DNA of 64,000 nucleotides from Chlamydiota bacterium (GTDB lineage Bacteria; Chlamydiota; Chlamydiia; Chlamydiales; JAAZZY01): NCBI GenBank assembly GCA_022601345.1, contig JAJACU010000037.1, positions 33,183 to 97,182 of the forward strand, read 5' to 3'. Shown piece by piece: positions 54,713 to 64,000 of this stretch (position 1 is its first letter; each line of letters starts with the position of its first letter). The notes under the pieces were generated by a model. It saw only the letters and a program-made list of their open reading frames with translations, ran no database searches and was not told where the DNA came from. The position numbers and the translations under genes were made by a program.

Positions 54713-56699
54713 TTAAAATCCGCTCTAAAATTGAATCTACTGTAAAGCCAAATTCTGTCCTCAATACTGAAGCAGGTGCAGAGGCTCCAAAAGAGTCCAT
54801 GCAAATTGCAATACCATCGAGTCCAATGTATTTATGCCAACCTTGATCAACACCAACTTCTATAGAAACTCTTTTACCCAAGTCTCCACCTACAATAGAT
54901 TCTTTGTAGTCTTCGTCTTGATTTTCAAAAATTTCCCAGCAGGGCATTGAAACAACGCGTGCACTTTTTCCATGTTTTTCAAGTTGATTTGCAACATCAA
55001 CAGCAAGAGCTACTTCTGAGCCTGTTGCAAACAAAGTGAAATCAGGCTTGTTTTCCTTTTCTTTTACAATGATGTAAGCTCCTCTACCAACACCTTCTTT
55101 ATAAGCAATATCGGTGTGAGGCAAGTTAGCAAGCTTTTGACGCGTTAAAATAATTGCTGAAGGCCCTTCATAGTTTAGCGCCGCTAGCCAACACATTTTA
55201 GTTTCGTTGGCATCAGCAGGTCTAAAGAACTGAAGGTTAGGTATAGTACGCAAAGAGGCATAATGCTCAATTGATTGGTGTGTTGGCCCATCTTCACCTA
55301 GGAAAATAGAGTCATGTGTGAATTGGTAAATAACATGATACTTGGATAGTGCAGCTAAACGAATAGCGTTTCTCATGTAGTCCGAAAATGTCAAGAAGGT
55401 TCCGCAAAAAGGAAGAATCATTTGTGTTCGGTACATACCTGCACAAATAGCAGCCATAGCAAATTCGCGTACACCAAATTTCAGATTTCGACCTGTGAAA
55501 TCTTTGGGTGAAACAATTGGGAAGTTTTTCATCATAGTCATGTCTGAACCTGATAAATCAGCTGAGCCTCCGTACAAGAAAGGAAGCTCTCCTGCTAAGA
55601 GGTTGATTACGGCTTGTGATGCAGATCTTCCAGCTATAGGGTCCTCGACTTCAAGGGCTTTGAGTTGTGATTCTATATCATCAGGTAGGCGCTTATTAGC
55701 CATTAGCTCAAACTCAGAGTAGAACTTTGGATTTTCTTTTGCCCATTGATCAAAATTCTGCTGCCACTTTTGTTGACTTTCTTTGAGCTTTTCGCGTTTT
55801 CTTTCAAAAAAAGACATAACAGCTTGAGGAATATAAAACTCTTCTAAAGGCAAGCCAAGGGCTTCTTTAGTAGCTTTTACTTCATCAGGTCCAAGAGGAG
55901 ATCCGTGTGCTTTATGAGAACCTGCTTTATGCGGGGATCCTTTTCCTATGACGGTGTGTAAAATAATAATGGCTGGTTTAGTTTGCTCTGTTCTAAGCTT
56001 GTCCATCACTTCTTTCATAGCATCAAAGTCGTACCCATCCACTTCAAAGACTTCAAAGCCGTAAGACTTATAACGAAGTTTTGTATCTTCTGAGCAAGAC
56101 TCGCTTAACGGGCCATCGAGACATATTTGGTTAGAGTCGTAAAGAAGTACAAAATTATTAAGTTTAAGGTGTCCTGCAAGGCTTGATGCTTCAGATGAGA
56201 TGCCTTCCATGATACATCCATCACCTGCTAAGCAAAAAACTTTGTTTGTAAAAATTTGATGCTTGTCAGTATTGAATTTTTTTCCAAGCAGCTTTAACCC
56301 CAATGCAATACCTACAGCATTACCTACACCTTGGCCAAGAGGCCCTGTGGTTGCCTCTATACCATCTGTGTGGCCAAACTCCGGGTGGCCTGGGGTTTTA
56401 GAGCCCCACTGGCGAAAGTTCTTGATGTCATCAAGACTTACTTTATAGCCTGAGAGGTGCAGTAGTGAGTATTGAAGCATACAGCCGTGTCCAGCAGAAA
56501 GAACAAAACGATCACGATTGAGCCAATTTGGATCAGCAGGGTTATAGTCCATTGCTTCTCCCCATAAGAAGGCTCCGATTTCAGCACAACCTAGTGGTAA
56601 CCCAGGGTGTCCTGAATTTGCTTTTTGAACAGCATCCATCGATAGAATTCTAACGGTGTCTGCTATTTTTTGTAGGTTCTGTTTATCTTCGCTGTCCAT
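54705..56699 (-). CDS. tkt: Transketolase
   Basis: SGHPGLPLGCAEI, CLAGDGCIMEGISSEA (TPP motif), THDSIFLGEDGPTHQ. Confidence 0.97.
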   Translation of the reverse strand: MDSEDKQNLQKIADTVRILSMDAVQKANSGHPGLPLGCAEIGAFLWGEAMDYNPADPNWLNRDRFVLSAGHGCMLQYSLLHLSGYKVSLDDIKNFRQWGSKTPGHPEFGHTDGIEATTGPLGQGVGNAVGIALGLKLLGKKFNTDKHQIFTNKVFCLAGDGCIMEGISSEASSLAGHLKLNNFVLLYDSNQICLDGPLSESCSEDTKLRYKSYGFEVFEVDGYDFDAMKEVMDKLRTEQTKPAIIILHTVIGKGSPHKAGSHKAHGSPLGPDEVKATKEALGLPLEEFYIPQAVMSFFERKREKLKESQQKWQQNFDQWAKENPKFYSEFELMANKRLPDDIESQLKALEVEDPIAGRSASQAVINLLAGELPFLYGGSADLSGSDMTMMKNFPIVSPKDFTGRNLKFGVREFAMAAICAGMYRTQMILPFCGTFLTFSDYMRNAIRLAALSKYHVIYQFTHDSIFLGEDGPTHQSIEHYASLRTIPNLQFFRPADANETKMCWLAALNYEGPSAIILTRQKLANLPHTDIAYKEGVGRGAYIIVKEKENKPDFTLFATGSEVALAVDVANQLEKHGKSARVVSMPCWEIFENQDEDYKESIVGGDLGKRVSIEVGVDQGWHKYIGLDGIAICMDSFGASAPASVLRTEFGFTVDSILERILNG

Positions 56700-56820
56700 G
56701 GTCGTCCCTATTTTTATTATTTGGTATGTACAATAAAAGGTTTTTTTAAAGAATAAAAGGAAAAATTGCTTTTGAATAATAAAAGGGTTTTATTCTAAAG
56801 AGAAGTTAGAAGGAGGAACC

Positions 56821-57294
56821 ATGAAGAGGCTTATTTTAATGCGCCATGCAATAGCAGATGACCATTTCCAAGGCAGCGACATGAGCAGACCTTTAACACT
56901 AGAAGGACAAGACGTTCAACTGCAAGTTGCAAATTACATGCACAGGCAAGCCTTTGAAATTGATGGAATCTTATACTCTCCCTTTTTAAGAGCAGAGCAA
57001 TCAGCTCAAATTATTCTTAAAGAATATCCTGATGCTAATATGCTCAAAGAGCCTGCTTTAGGCAATGTTTTTGATTCATTTACAATTCTCAAGCACCTTG
57101 ATAAACAGGGCTTTCGAAGTGCTTTAATTATAGGGCACGCTCCTACTCTCTCAGCCTTTGGCGTCTCTTTACTTGAAAAACCACAACCTTTAAAATTTGA
57201 AAAAAGTGGTGTGATGGTGTTGGATTTTTCAAAAAAAATTGATTTTGGTCAGGGGAGCCTCGTTCAAAAATTATCTCCTAAAGACATTTCATAA
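56821..57294 (+). CDS. sixA: Phosphohistidine phosphatase SixA-like (histidine phosphatase superfamily)
   Basis: LILMRHA...RPLTLEGQ and IIGHAPTLS motifs. 157 aa. Confidence 0.75.
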   Translation: MKRLILMRHAIADDHFQGSDMSRPLTLEGQDVQLQVANYMHRQAFEIDGILYSPFLRAEQSAQIILKEYPDANMLKEPALGNVFDSFTILKHLDKQGFRSALIIGHAPTLSAFGVSLLEKPQPLKFEKSGVMVLDFSKKIDFGQGSLVQKLSPKDIS

Positions 57295-57389
57295 AATTAA
57301 GTTTAAAAATTAGTGGTGCGATCTTCTTTCGTCAAAATAACATATTTGCTATCCTTGACCGTCCTATATTACAAATATAAAAATAAATT

Positions 57390-60020
57390 ATGCTTTCAAC
57401 ACAAATTCGCCGCGCCTTTATCAAATATTTTGAAAAACATTCTCATCGTCATCTACCTTCATCACCCGTTGTTCCTCATGATGATCCAACACTCCTTTTT
57501 TGCAATGCGGGAATGAATCAATTTAAAAGTTATTTTCTAGGACAAGAAAAGCCACCAACTAGAAAAGCAGTCACCTCTCAAAAATGCGTAAGAGTGGGTG
57601 GAAAGCACAACGATTTGGAAAATGTCGGGCATACAACGCGCCATTTAACCTTCTTTGAAATGTTAGGTAACTTCTCTTTTGGGGACTATTTTAAAAAAGA
57701 AGCTATTGCTTTTGCTTGGGAAGTGGCAGGGAATGTCTTTAAGCTAGACTTGAGTAAGGTCTGGGCTAGTGTTTATGAAGATGATGATGAATCTTATGAG
57801 CTTTGGAAAAAGCATTTGCCAGAAGATCGCATTATTAAGCTTGGGGCAGCAGATAATTTTTGGCAGATGGGCGATGTAGGACCGTGTGGGCCATGCTCAG
57901 AACTTCTTTATGATAGAGGTGAAGAATTTGGCACAGCAAAAGATCCATCTGAGGATGTGTCAGGAGAGCGTTTCTTTGAGTTCTGGAACCTCGTATTTAT
58001 GCAGTACAATAAGGAAAAAGATGGATCGCTAAAGACTTTGCCACACCCGTCTGTTGATACAGGTGTTGGGTTAGAGAGAATTGTAAGTCTAAAAATGGGA
58101 GTTGACACTGTTTTTGAAACAGACATCTTGCGCAGTATTATTACAAAGTGCGAACAGCACTTTAGTTTGAAGTATGAAGATCAAAATGATGAGCAAAAGG
58201 CAGCCTTTCACGTTATATCTGATCACTTGCGTTGTTTGGCATTTGCAATCGCTGATGGAGCTCAACCGAGTAATCTAGACAGAGGCTATGTCTTGCGCAA
58301 AGTACTCAGACGAGCCGTGAGATATGGACGAATACTTGGTGCTCAGAAACCTTTTATGGCTCAAATTTTGCCAGTGCTTGTTGATCTAATGCACGAAGAT
58401 TACCCAGAATTAAAAAAATCTGAAGAAAAAATAGCTGAAATTTTAACTCTTGAAGAAGAAGCTTTTATTCGGACTCTTAAAAAGGGGGGTAATCTTTTAA
58501 ATCAAATCATTAAAAAATCAAAAGATGATCAATCTAAGTTGATATCTGGTGATGATGCTTTTTTGCTTAAAGATACCTACGGGCTTCCTGTAGATGAAAT
58601 TATACTTATGGCAAAAGACAATCAGCTTAAAGTTGACACCACGCGTTTTAAAGAGCTAGAAAAACAAGCAAAAGAGCTCTCTAAAAAAACACACAAAAAT
58701 GTTTCTCAAGAAGTGTCAGATGATTTTTACAGCGAATTTCTAGAAAAAAATGGAGCCTCAGAGTTTTGTGGTTTTGATCAAGATCATATGCAAGCTAAAG
58801 TTTTGGGCATCATTTGTGATGACCAATGGGTCGATCAAGTATTGGAAGGCCAAAAAGCTTCTATAGTTTTAGATAAAAGTACTTTCTATGCAGAGAAAGG
58901 TGGCCAGGTTGGAGACAGCGGAACTTTTTATAATGACAGTGTCCTTTTTGATGTGAGCGACACGCAATCTCCTTTTAATGGTCTTATTGTCCACCATGGA
59001 AAAATGCAACAAGGTGAGATTAAAGTAGGCGATACAATTGTTGCTGAAATTGATAAAGTCAGAAGACAAAAAATTGAAGCTAATCACAGTGCAACGCACT
59101 TGCTTCACTGGGCACTTCAGAAAGTCTTAGGAGAGCACATTCGTCAAGCTGGATCACTTGTAGAAGCTGAACGTCTTAGATTCGACTTTTCTCACCACAA
59201 AGCTTTATCAGAAGATCAACTTATTGAAATAGAAGATCTCGTTAATAAAAAAATAAGAGAAAACTTCTCATTAGATATCTATGAACTTCCATTTAATGAA
59301 GTTCAAAAAAAATCAGAAATTAAACAGTTTTTTGGTGAAAAATATGGGCTGACAGTTCGCGTAGTTGACATTGATTTTTCTAAAGAGCTTTGTGGAGGAT
59401 GTCATGTTGGAGCTTTAGGGGATATAGGATTATTTCGCATCACTAAAGAAACAAGCATCGCAGCAGGTGTTAGAAGAATTGAAGCGCTCACAGCCCAATC
59501 AGCTATTGAGTACTCACGAGAGAGTGAGCAAAAGCTTGTAGAACTCTCCAAATCTTTAAAAACAACGCCCCAAAAGTTTTCTGAAAAGCTTACTCTACTT
59601 ATTCTTGATCATAAGAATCTACAAGAGCAGCTTAAAACTCTGGCTAAAGAGCGCAATAGTCATCTTATAGATAATTTTTTGAATGAAAAAACAGAAGTAA
59701 AGGGTCTTGCTCTTGCAGTAGGAATCGCTCCAGTTTCAAAGAAAGAACTTAGAGATTTTGTTATTCAAATGGGGCAGAAACTACCCAGTGGCGTCTGCAT
59801 TGTCTGCTGTCATGAAGGAGATGATGTAAGTGCAGTAGCTCATGTTTCTAAGGATCTGGTTGCAAAGAAAATATCTGCTAAAGATATTTTAAATGCATCC
59901 ATTGAGCCAATAAATGGAAGAGGAGGAGGAAAGCCGGATTTTGCACAAGCTGGAGGAACCAATCCTTCAAATATTCCTCAAATTTTTGAAAATGTTAAGC
60001 AATATTTAAATAAACAGTGA
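57390..60020 (+). CDS. alaS: Alanine--tRNA ligase
   Basis: FCNAGMNQFK, FFEMLGNFSFGDYFK, HSATHLLH editing-domain motif, C-terminal DHHA1-like GGGKPDFAQAGG. Confidence 0.97.
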   Translation: MLSTQIRRAFIKYFEKHSHRHLPSSPVVPHDDPTLLFCNAGMNQFKSYFLGQEKPPTRKAVTSQKCVRVGGKHNDLENVGHTTRHLTFFEMLGNFSFGDYFKKEAIAFAWEVAGNVFKLDLSKVWASVYEDDDESYELWKKHLPEDRIIKLGAADNFWQMGDVGPCGPCSELLYDRGEEFGTAKDPSEDVSGERFFEFWNLVFMQYNKEKDGSLKTLPHPSVDTGVGLERIVSLKMGVDTVFETDILRSIITKCEQHFSLKYEDQNDEQKAAFHVISDHLRCLAFAIADGAQPSNLDRGYVLRKVLRRAVRYGRILGAQKPFMAQILPVLVDLMHEDYPELKKSEEKIAEILTLEEEAFIRTLKKGGNLLNQIIKKSKDDQSKLISGDDAFLLKDTYGLPVDEIILMAKDNQLKVDTTRFKELEKQAKELSKKTHKNVSQEVSDDFYSEFLEKNGASEFCGFDQDHMQAKVLGIICDDQWVDQVLEGQKASIVLDKSTFYAEKGGQVGDSGTFYNDSVLFDVSDTQSPFNGLIVHHGKMQQGEIKVGDTIVAEIDKVRRQKIEANHSATHLLHWALQKVLGEHIRQAGSLVEAERLRFDFSHHKALSEDQLIEIEDLVNKKIRENFSLDIYELPFNEVQKKSEIKQFFGEKYGLTVRVVDIDFSKELCGGCHVGALGDIGLFRITKETSIAAGVRRIEALTAQSAIEYSRESEQKLVELSKSLKTTPQKFSEKLTLLILDHKNLQEQLKTLAKERNSHLIDNFLNEKTEVKGLALAVGIAPVSKKELRDFVIQMGQKLPSGVCIVCCHEGDDVSAVAHVSKDLVAKKISAKDILNASIEPINGRGGGKPDFAQAGGTNPSNIPQIFENVKQYLNKQ

Positions 60021-63000
60021 TCAAAGAATTTTCAAAACTATCTACATTTACTTCCTTTAAAGAGAAATTAGACTCTGCAGAGAGTATTGCCCTTTCAAGT
60101 CAATGGCAAGCTTCTAAGTCATTGCTGCTTGCAGTGGCGTCGCATGCAACGAAAAGGCAAATTGTTGTTATAAGTTCAATTGGCCATGAAGCGATTTACT
60201 CAACAGACCTTGCAAATTTTGAAGGGCTTGAAGTTTTAGATCTGCCTTCGTGGGAGAGTCTTCCTTCGGAAAATATAGAGCCTAGTCCAGATATTGTTGG
60301 AGAGAGAGCTGCTGTTTTAAACGCTCTTTTAAAACAAGGGGGCAGCACAATTATTGTTACAAATCTACAATCAGCTTTGGTTCCTATAGTACTAAAAAAG
60401 CAGTTTGAGGAAGCTAGACTCAATCTAAAAGTGGGAGATGAAATAGAGTTTAGATCATTGATTGAAAAATTGGCTGCACTTGGCTATCAAAGAACTACAC
60501 TTGTAAATGATAAAGGGGAGTTTGCTGTTAGAGGGGGAATTATAGATGTTTTTCCAAGCTCTGAAATGCAACCTTTTAGAATAGAATTTTTTGGTGATGA
60601 AATAGAGTCTATGAGGGCTTTTGATCCTGTTCACCAAGTTTCTACTTCTGAAACCAATTCACTTGATATTTTTGCGACTAAAGAACTTGAACTTCTAAAA
60701 AGTAGTGATGAGCAGAGCTCTATTTTTTCTTATTTGTCAGATGATGCTATAATATTTGTGGATAATCCACTTCAACTTAAACAGAAGTATCAAGAGCTCT
60801 CGCATGCCTTTGATTTAGAAAATGATTATCTTTTCCGTTGGGAAAATCTTATAGAACAAATAGAGCCTTTTCAAAAGGTTGTTTTTGAAGGCGAATTAAA
60901 CAAATCACCATTTAATGATTTAGTTAAACTTGATGTTCCAATTCTTCCTTTTGATGAAATATTTCCAGCAAAAACAAAAATCGTTCACAAAGAAGAGCAA
61001 ACCTATCTTGTGCGCCTGCCTCAATTGGGATTTAAAGAGTATCATTTTCATTATCTGTGTCAGGGTGAGAGTGAAGAAAAAATGCTCAAAGAGCAAATGA
61101 TTGCAACCTATGACAAATTGCCTGAGAATGTCTCTTTTGGAAAAGGCAACTGGAGCAGTAGTTGGGTCTTTCCGAAAGAAAAAGTTGCCTATGTCTCTTC
61201 TGCTGAAGTAACTCAGCGCTACGTTATTAAACGAAAAAAACAAAGAACAGCTTACCATTCGGCCCCAATTGAATTTATGGCGCTAGAACAAGGTAATTAT
61301 GTTGTGCACATGCAACATGGTATCGGGCGTTATTTGGGTTGTGAGCGACGTAAAAATCACCTGGGAATGGAAGTCGACTATTTGTATTTAGAATATGCTG
61401 ATAAGGCTAAACTCTTTGTGCCACTAGATCAATCCCATTTAGTCAGTAAGTATATTGGTGCCAAACACGAATCTCCTAAACTTCATCAGATTGGTGGAAA
61501 GATTTGGCTTAAAACAAAAGTGCAAACAGAGCGCGCTATTGTTGATTATGCCTCTGAACTCTTGAAGATGCACGCTCAACGTGCTCTTAAAGATGGAGTG
61601 GTATACCCAAAAGATTCCGAAGAATTTATTTCATTTGAAAAAGAATTTCCATACACAGAGACAGAAGATCAATTGCAAGCTATTGAAGCGATTAAAGAAG
61701 ATTTTAACTCTGGCAAACCCGTTGATCGTCTGATTTGTGGGGATGTGGGTTATGGAAAAACTGAAGTGGCTATGAGAGCAGCCTTTAAAGCTGTTGTTGA
61801 TGGAGGTTTTCAGGTTGTTGTTCTTGTGCCAACGACTATTTTGGCCATGCAGCACTTTGACTCTTTTTGCCAAAGAATGGGTAACTTTCCTGTAAATATC
61901 GGGGTGTTGTCGCGCTTTGTTCATCGCAAAAAACAAAAAGAGTATTTAGAAGGACTTGAAAATGGCAAGGTTGATATTGTTATTGGAACGCATCGTGTAA
62001 TTAGCAAGGATGTGAAGTTCAAAAACCTTGGTCTAGTGATTATTGATGAGGAGCAGCGTTTTGGAGTAAAAGCTAAAGAGCATCTAAGATCTCTTAAAAT
62101 GGGAGCTAATTGTTTGACGCTTTCGGCAACTCCAATTCCTAGAACGCTTTATATGTCTCTTGTTGGAGCAAGAGATATTTCTTTAATCAATTCGCCACCT
62201 CAAGATAGATTACCAATTAAATCTCAAATCATTGAAGAAGATCCCGATACTCTTAAAAAGGCCATTCTAAGAGAAATTTCTCGTGATGGACAAGTCTATA
62301 TTGTACATAACCGAGTGGCGTCAATATATCGCTATGCTGAAAAAATTCAAAAACTAGTCCCAGAGGCAAGGATATTGATCGGTCATGGTCAAATGCCCGC
62401 AGATGAGCTAGATCAAGTCTTTCATGGGTTTAAAAATCATGAAGCAGATATTCTAATTGCAACTACAATTATTGAGAGTGGAGTTGATATTCCTAATGCG
62501 AATACAATTATTGTTGATAAGGCGGATGTCTATGGCCTCTCAGATCTCTACCAACTGCGTGGCAGAGTTGGACGTTGGAATCGCAAAGCGTACGCTTATT
62601 TTGTAATACAAAAAAATAAGATGGTTTTGGAAATTGCACAAAAGCGCCTATCTGCTCTCCTTGAAAGTAGCGGTTATGGTGGAGGCATGAAAATTGCCAT
62701 GCGAGACTTAGAAATAAGAGGAGCCGGAGAAATCTTAGGGACCTCTCAGAGTGGCCATGTATCAGCAATCGGTTTCCATCTCTACTGTAAACTTTTGAAA
62801 CGAACTATTTTATCGATGCAAGGCCAGGCTCCTAAAACAATCACTGAAACAAAAATAGAATTTCCCGTTGATTGCCGCATCCCAGATGAATATGTGCCTG
62901 ATCTTCCCCTTAGAATGGAGCTCTACCAACGTATGGGAGATGCTTTTACAATGGAGAGTTTAAAAACAATTTATACAGAAATGATAGACCGTTTTGGAAG

Positions 63001-63211
63001 AGCTCCTGATTCAGTACTTTGGCTCTACCATATGCAGCGCCTTAAAGTTTTTACAGGCTCTCGCAAATATACTGAGATAATATATAAGAAAAATTTTATT
63101 ATTGCTAAGCAGCGTGTTAAGGGTGAAATTAAAGAGCGCCCTATTCCTTATGTAATGCCAAAAGAACCTCATCTTTTTGAAGAAGAGCTGATCTCTGTTT
63201 TAAAAGATTAG
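60017..63211 (+). CDS. mfd: Transcription-repair coupling factor Mfd
   Basis: CGDVGYGKTEVAMRAAF, IIDEEQRFGV, LRGRVGR. GTGA overlap with the alaS stop. Confidence 0.95.
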   Translation: MIKEFSKLSTFTSFKEKLDSAESIALSSQWQASKSLLLAVASHATKRQIVVISSIGHEAIYSTDLANFEGLEVLDLPSWESLPSENIEPSPDIVGERAAVLNALLKQGGSTIIVTNLQSALVPIVLKKQFEEARLNLKVGDEIEFRSLIEKLAALGYQRTTLVNDKGEFAVRGGIIDVFPSSEMQPFRIEFFGDEIESMRAFDPVHQVSTSETNSLDIFATKELELLKSSDEQSSIFSYLSDDAIIFVDNPLQLKQKYQELSHAFDLENDYLFRWENLIEQIEPFQKVVFEGELNKSPFNDLVKLDVPILPFDEIFPAKTKIVHKEEQTYLVRLPQLGFKEYHFHYLCQGESEEKMLKEQMIATYDKLPENVSFGKGNWSSSWVFPKEKVAYVSSAEVTQRYVIKRKKQRTAYHSAPIEFMALEQGNYVVHMQHGIGRYLGCERRKNHLGMEVDYLYLEYADKAKLFVPLDQSHLVSKYIGAKHESPKLHQIGGKIWLKTKVQTERAIVDYASELLKMHAQRALKDGVVYPKDSEEFISFEKEFPYTETEDQLQAIEAIKEDFNSGKPVDRLICGDVGYGKTEVAMRAAFKAVVDGGFQVVVLVPTTILAMQHFDSFCQRMGNFPVNIGVLSRFVHRKKQKEYLEGLENGKVDIVIGTHRVISKDVKFKNLGLVIIDEEQRFGVKAKEHLRSLKMGANCLTLSATPIPRTLYMSLVGARDISLINSPPQDRLPIKSQIIEEDPDTLKKAILREISRDGQVYIVHNRVASIYRYAEKIQKLVPEARILIGHGQMPADELDQVFHGFKNHEADILIATTIIESGVDIPNANTIIVDKADVYGLSDLYQLRGRVGRWNRKAYAYFVIQKNKMVLEIAQKRLSALLESSGYGGGMKIAMRDLEIRGAGEILGTSQSGHVSAIGFHLYCKLLKRTILSMQGQAPKTITETKIEFPVDCRIPDEYVPDLPLRMELYQRMGDAFTMESLKTIYTEMIDRFGRAPDSVLWLYHMQRLKVFTGSRKYTEIIYKKNFIIAKQRVKGEIKERPIPYVMPKEPHLFEEELISVLKD

Positions 63212-63281
63212 TTAATCTAGAGAAAAAACAGTCGATGAACTATAATACCAGCCAATATTTTATTTTGACTAGGAATACATT

Positions 63282-63848
63282 ATGGGGCAAATCTCAGTAA
63301 ATGACTTAAAGCAAGGTGTAAAACTTGAAATTGATAAACAGCCCTACGTTGTCGTATCGTTGCAGTTTGTAAAACCTGGAAAAGGGCAAGCATTTACACG
63401 AACCAAAATAAAAAACCTAAACACCGGTAGGGTTATTGAAAAATCATATCGCTCTGGTGAAAAACTTGATATCGCAGATGTAGAAGAGACGCAGATGCGC
63501 ATGCTTTATAAAGATGGCGATTCTGCAGTTTTTATGGACGATACAACCTTTGAGCAAAGTAGTATTCCTTTATCTCAGCTTGGGGATGTTGAGCAATGGC
63601 TTATGGAAGATTTACTTTATTCTATAATCTTTTATAACCGCGATCCCATCAATGTAGAGCCTCCAACATTTATGGAGATGGTTTTAACAGAAACAGACCC
63701 AGGTGTTAGGGGAGATACAGCATCAGGGCGCGTTTTAAAGCCTGCCGTTACTGAAAGTGGTGCAAAAATTCAAGTCCCTATTTTTATTGAGCAAGGCGAA
63801 AAAGTAAAAATTGATACTCGAACAGGTGAATATGTCTCACGTGCATAG
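63282..63848 (+). CDS. efp: Elongation factor P
   Basis: VKPGKGQAFTRTKIKN loop with Lys34. 188 aa. Confidence 0.95.
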   Translation: MGQISVNDLKQGVKLEIDKQPYVVVSLQFVKPGKGQAFTRTKIKNLNTGRVIEKSYRSGEKLDIADVEETQMRMLYKDGDSAVFMDDTTFEQSSIPLSQLGDVEQWLMEDLLYSIIFYNRDPINVEPPTFMEMVLTETDPGVRGDTASGRVLKPAVTESGAKIQVPIFIEQGEKVKIDTRTGEYVSRA

Positions 63849-64000
63849 AACTCTCTCAACAATAGCCTCTCTTAAAGACAGAGCCTATATGCTTAAAAAA
63901 GTTCGTAGCTTTTTTGAAGAAAGAGAAGTTTTAGAGCTTGACTGTCCTATATTAAACTCTACTGCAAACATTGATGATTCTATTGATCCAATAAAAGTAA
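63832..64000 (+). CDS. epmA: EF-P lysine-34 lysyltransferase EpmA (GenX/PoxA)-like, 3' end outside the window
   Basis: MSHVHRTLSTIASLKDRAYMLKKVRSFFEEREVLELDCPILN resembles the EpmA/class II LysRS-like N-terminus (RA.I...IR.FF..RGVLEVETP). The ORF is open to the window end and is not in the track. Confidence 0.7.
   Translation, partial: MSHVHRTLSTIASLKDRAYMLKKVRSFFEEREVLELDCPILNSTANIDDSIDPIKV

Noticed and set aside
57313-57516. 67-aa ORF overlapping the alaS start
   Set aside because: It is out of frame with alaS, whose N-terminus (MLSTQIRRAFIKYFEKHSH) is canonical. The composition looks like translated AT-rich leader.
1-64000. CRISPR arrays, retron/DGR reverse transcriptases, integrases, toxin-antitoxin pairs or other defence-island signatures
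   Set aside because: Reading both strands, I saw no spaced direct-repeat arrays, no RT or integrase motifs, and no compact orphan operon. Only the single IS scar at about 3.9 kb suggests mobile DNA.

Overview
This is an AT-rich chromosomal segment (GC roughly in the high 30s percent, judged by eye and not computed). It reads as an environmental member of the phylum Chlamydiae; the genus cannot be determined from the sequence alone. The lineage call rests on several observations. There is a TLC-family ADP/ATP translocase, an ankyrin protein with more than 20 repeats, and several small proteins with Inc-like paired hydrophobic segments. The gene orders rsmH-ftsL-ftsI-murE and sohB-polA-coaE-rho match what I recall from Chlamydia trachomatis. 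About 85 percent of the window is densely packed housekeeping genes. These include a dcw fragment (mraZ-rsmH-ftsL-ftsI-murE), gnd, lepA, mnmG, dnaB, rho, coaE, polA, sppA, argS, tsaE, engB, pdxST, pgk, hemY-hemE-tkt, alaS, mfd and efp-epmA. There are also two tRNAs, Arg-CCT and Ser-GCT. The first ~10 kb is the accessory-looking part. It holds a giant, 5'-truncated, eukaryote-like P-loop NTPase, an IS3-family transposase scar, an orphan membrane protein, an orphan DegT aminotransferase, a patatin lipoprotein, and two paralogous Inc-like proteins. I found no CRISPR array, reverse transcriptase, integrase, or recognisable multi-gene defence or secretion operon, so I cannot claim a clear novel system. 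The observations most worth follow-up are: (1) the giant NTPase beside the IS scar; (2) two opposed, 10-bp-phased GTGGG/CCCAC triplets around the mraZ promoter; (3) an uncalled 29-codon bS22-like ribosomal protein gene upstream of mnmG; (4) a plant/fungal-type P3A-like proton ATPase; (5) the Inc-like paralog pair with an internal 90-bp duplication. All functional calls come from motif reading and memory of protein families. No database search was run.
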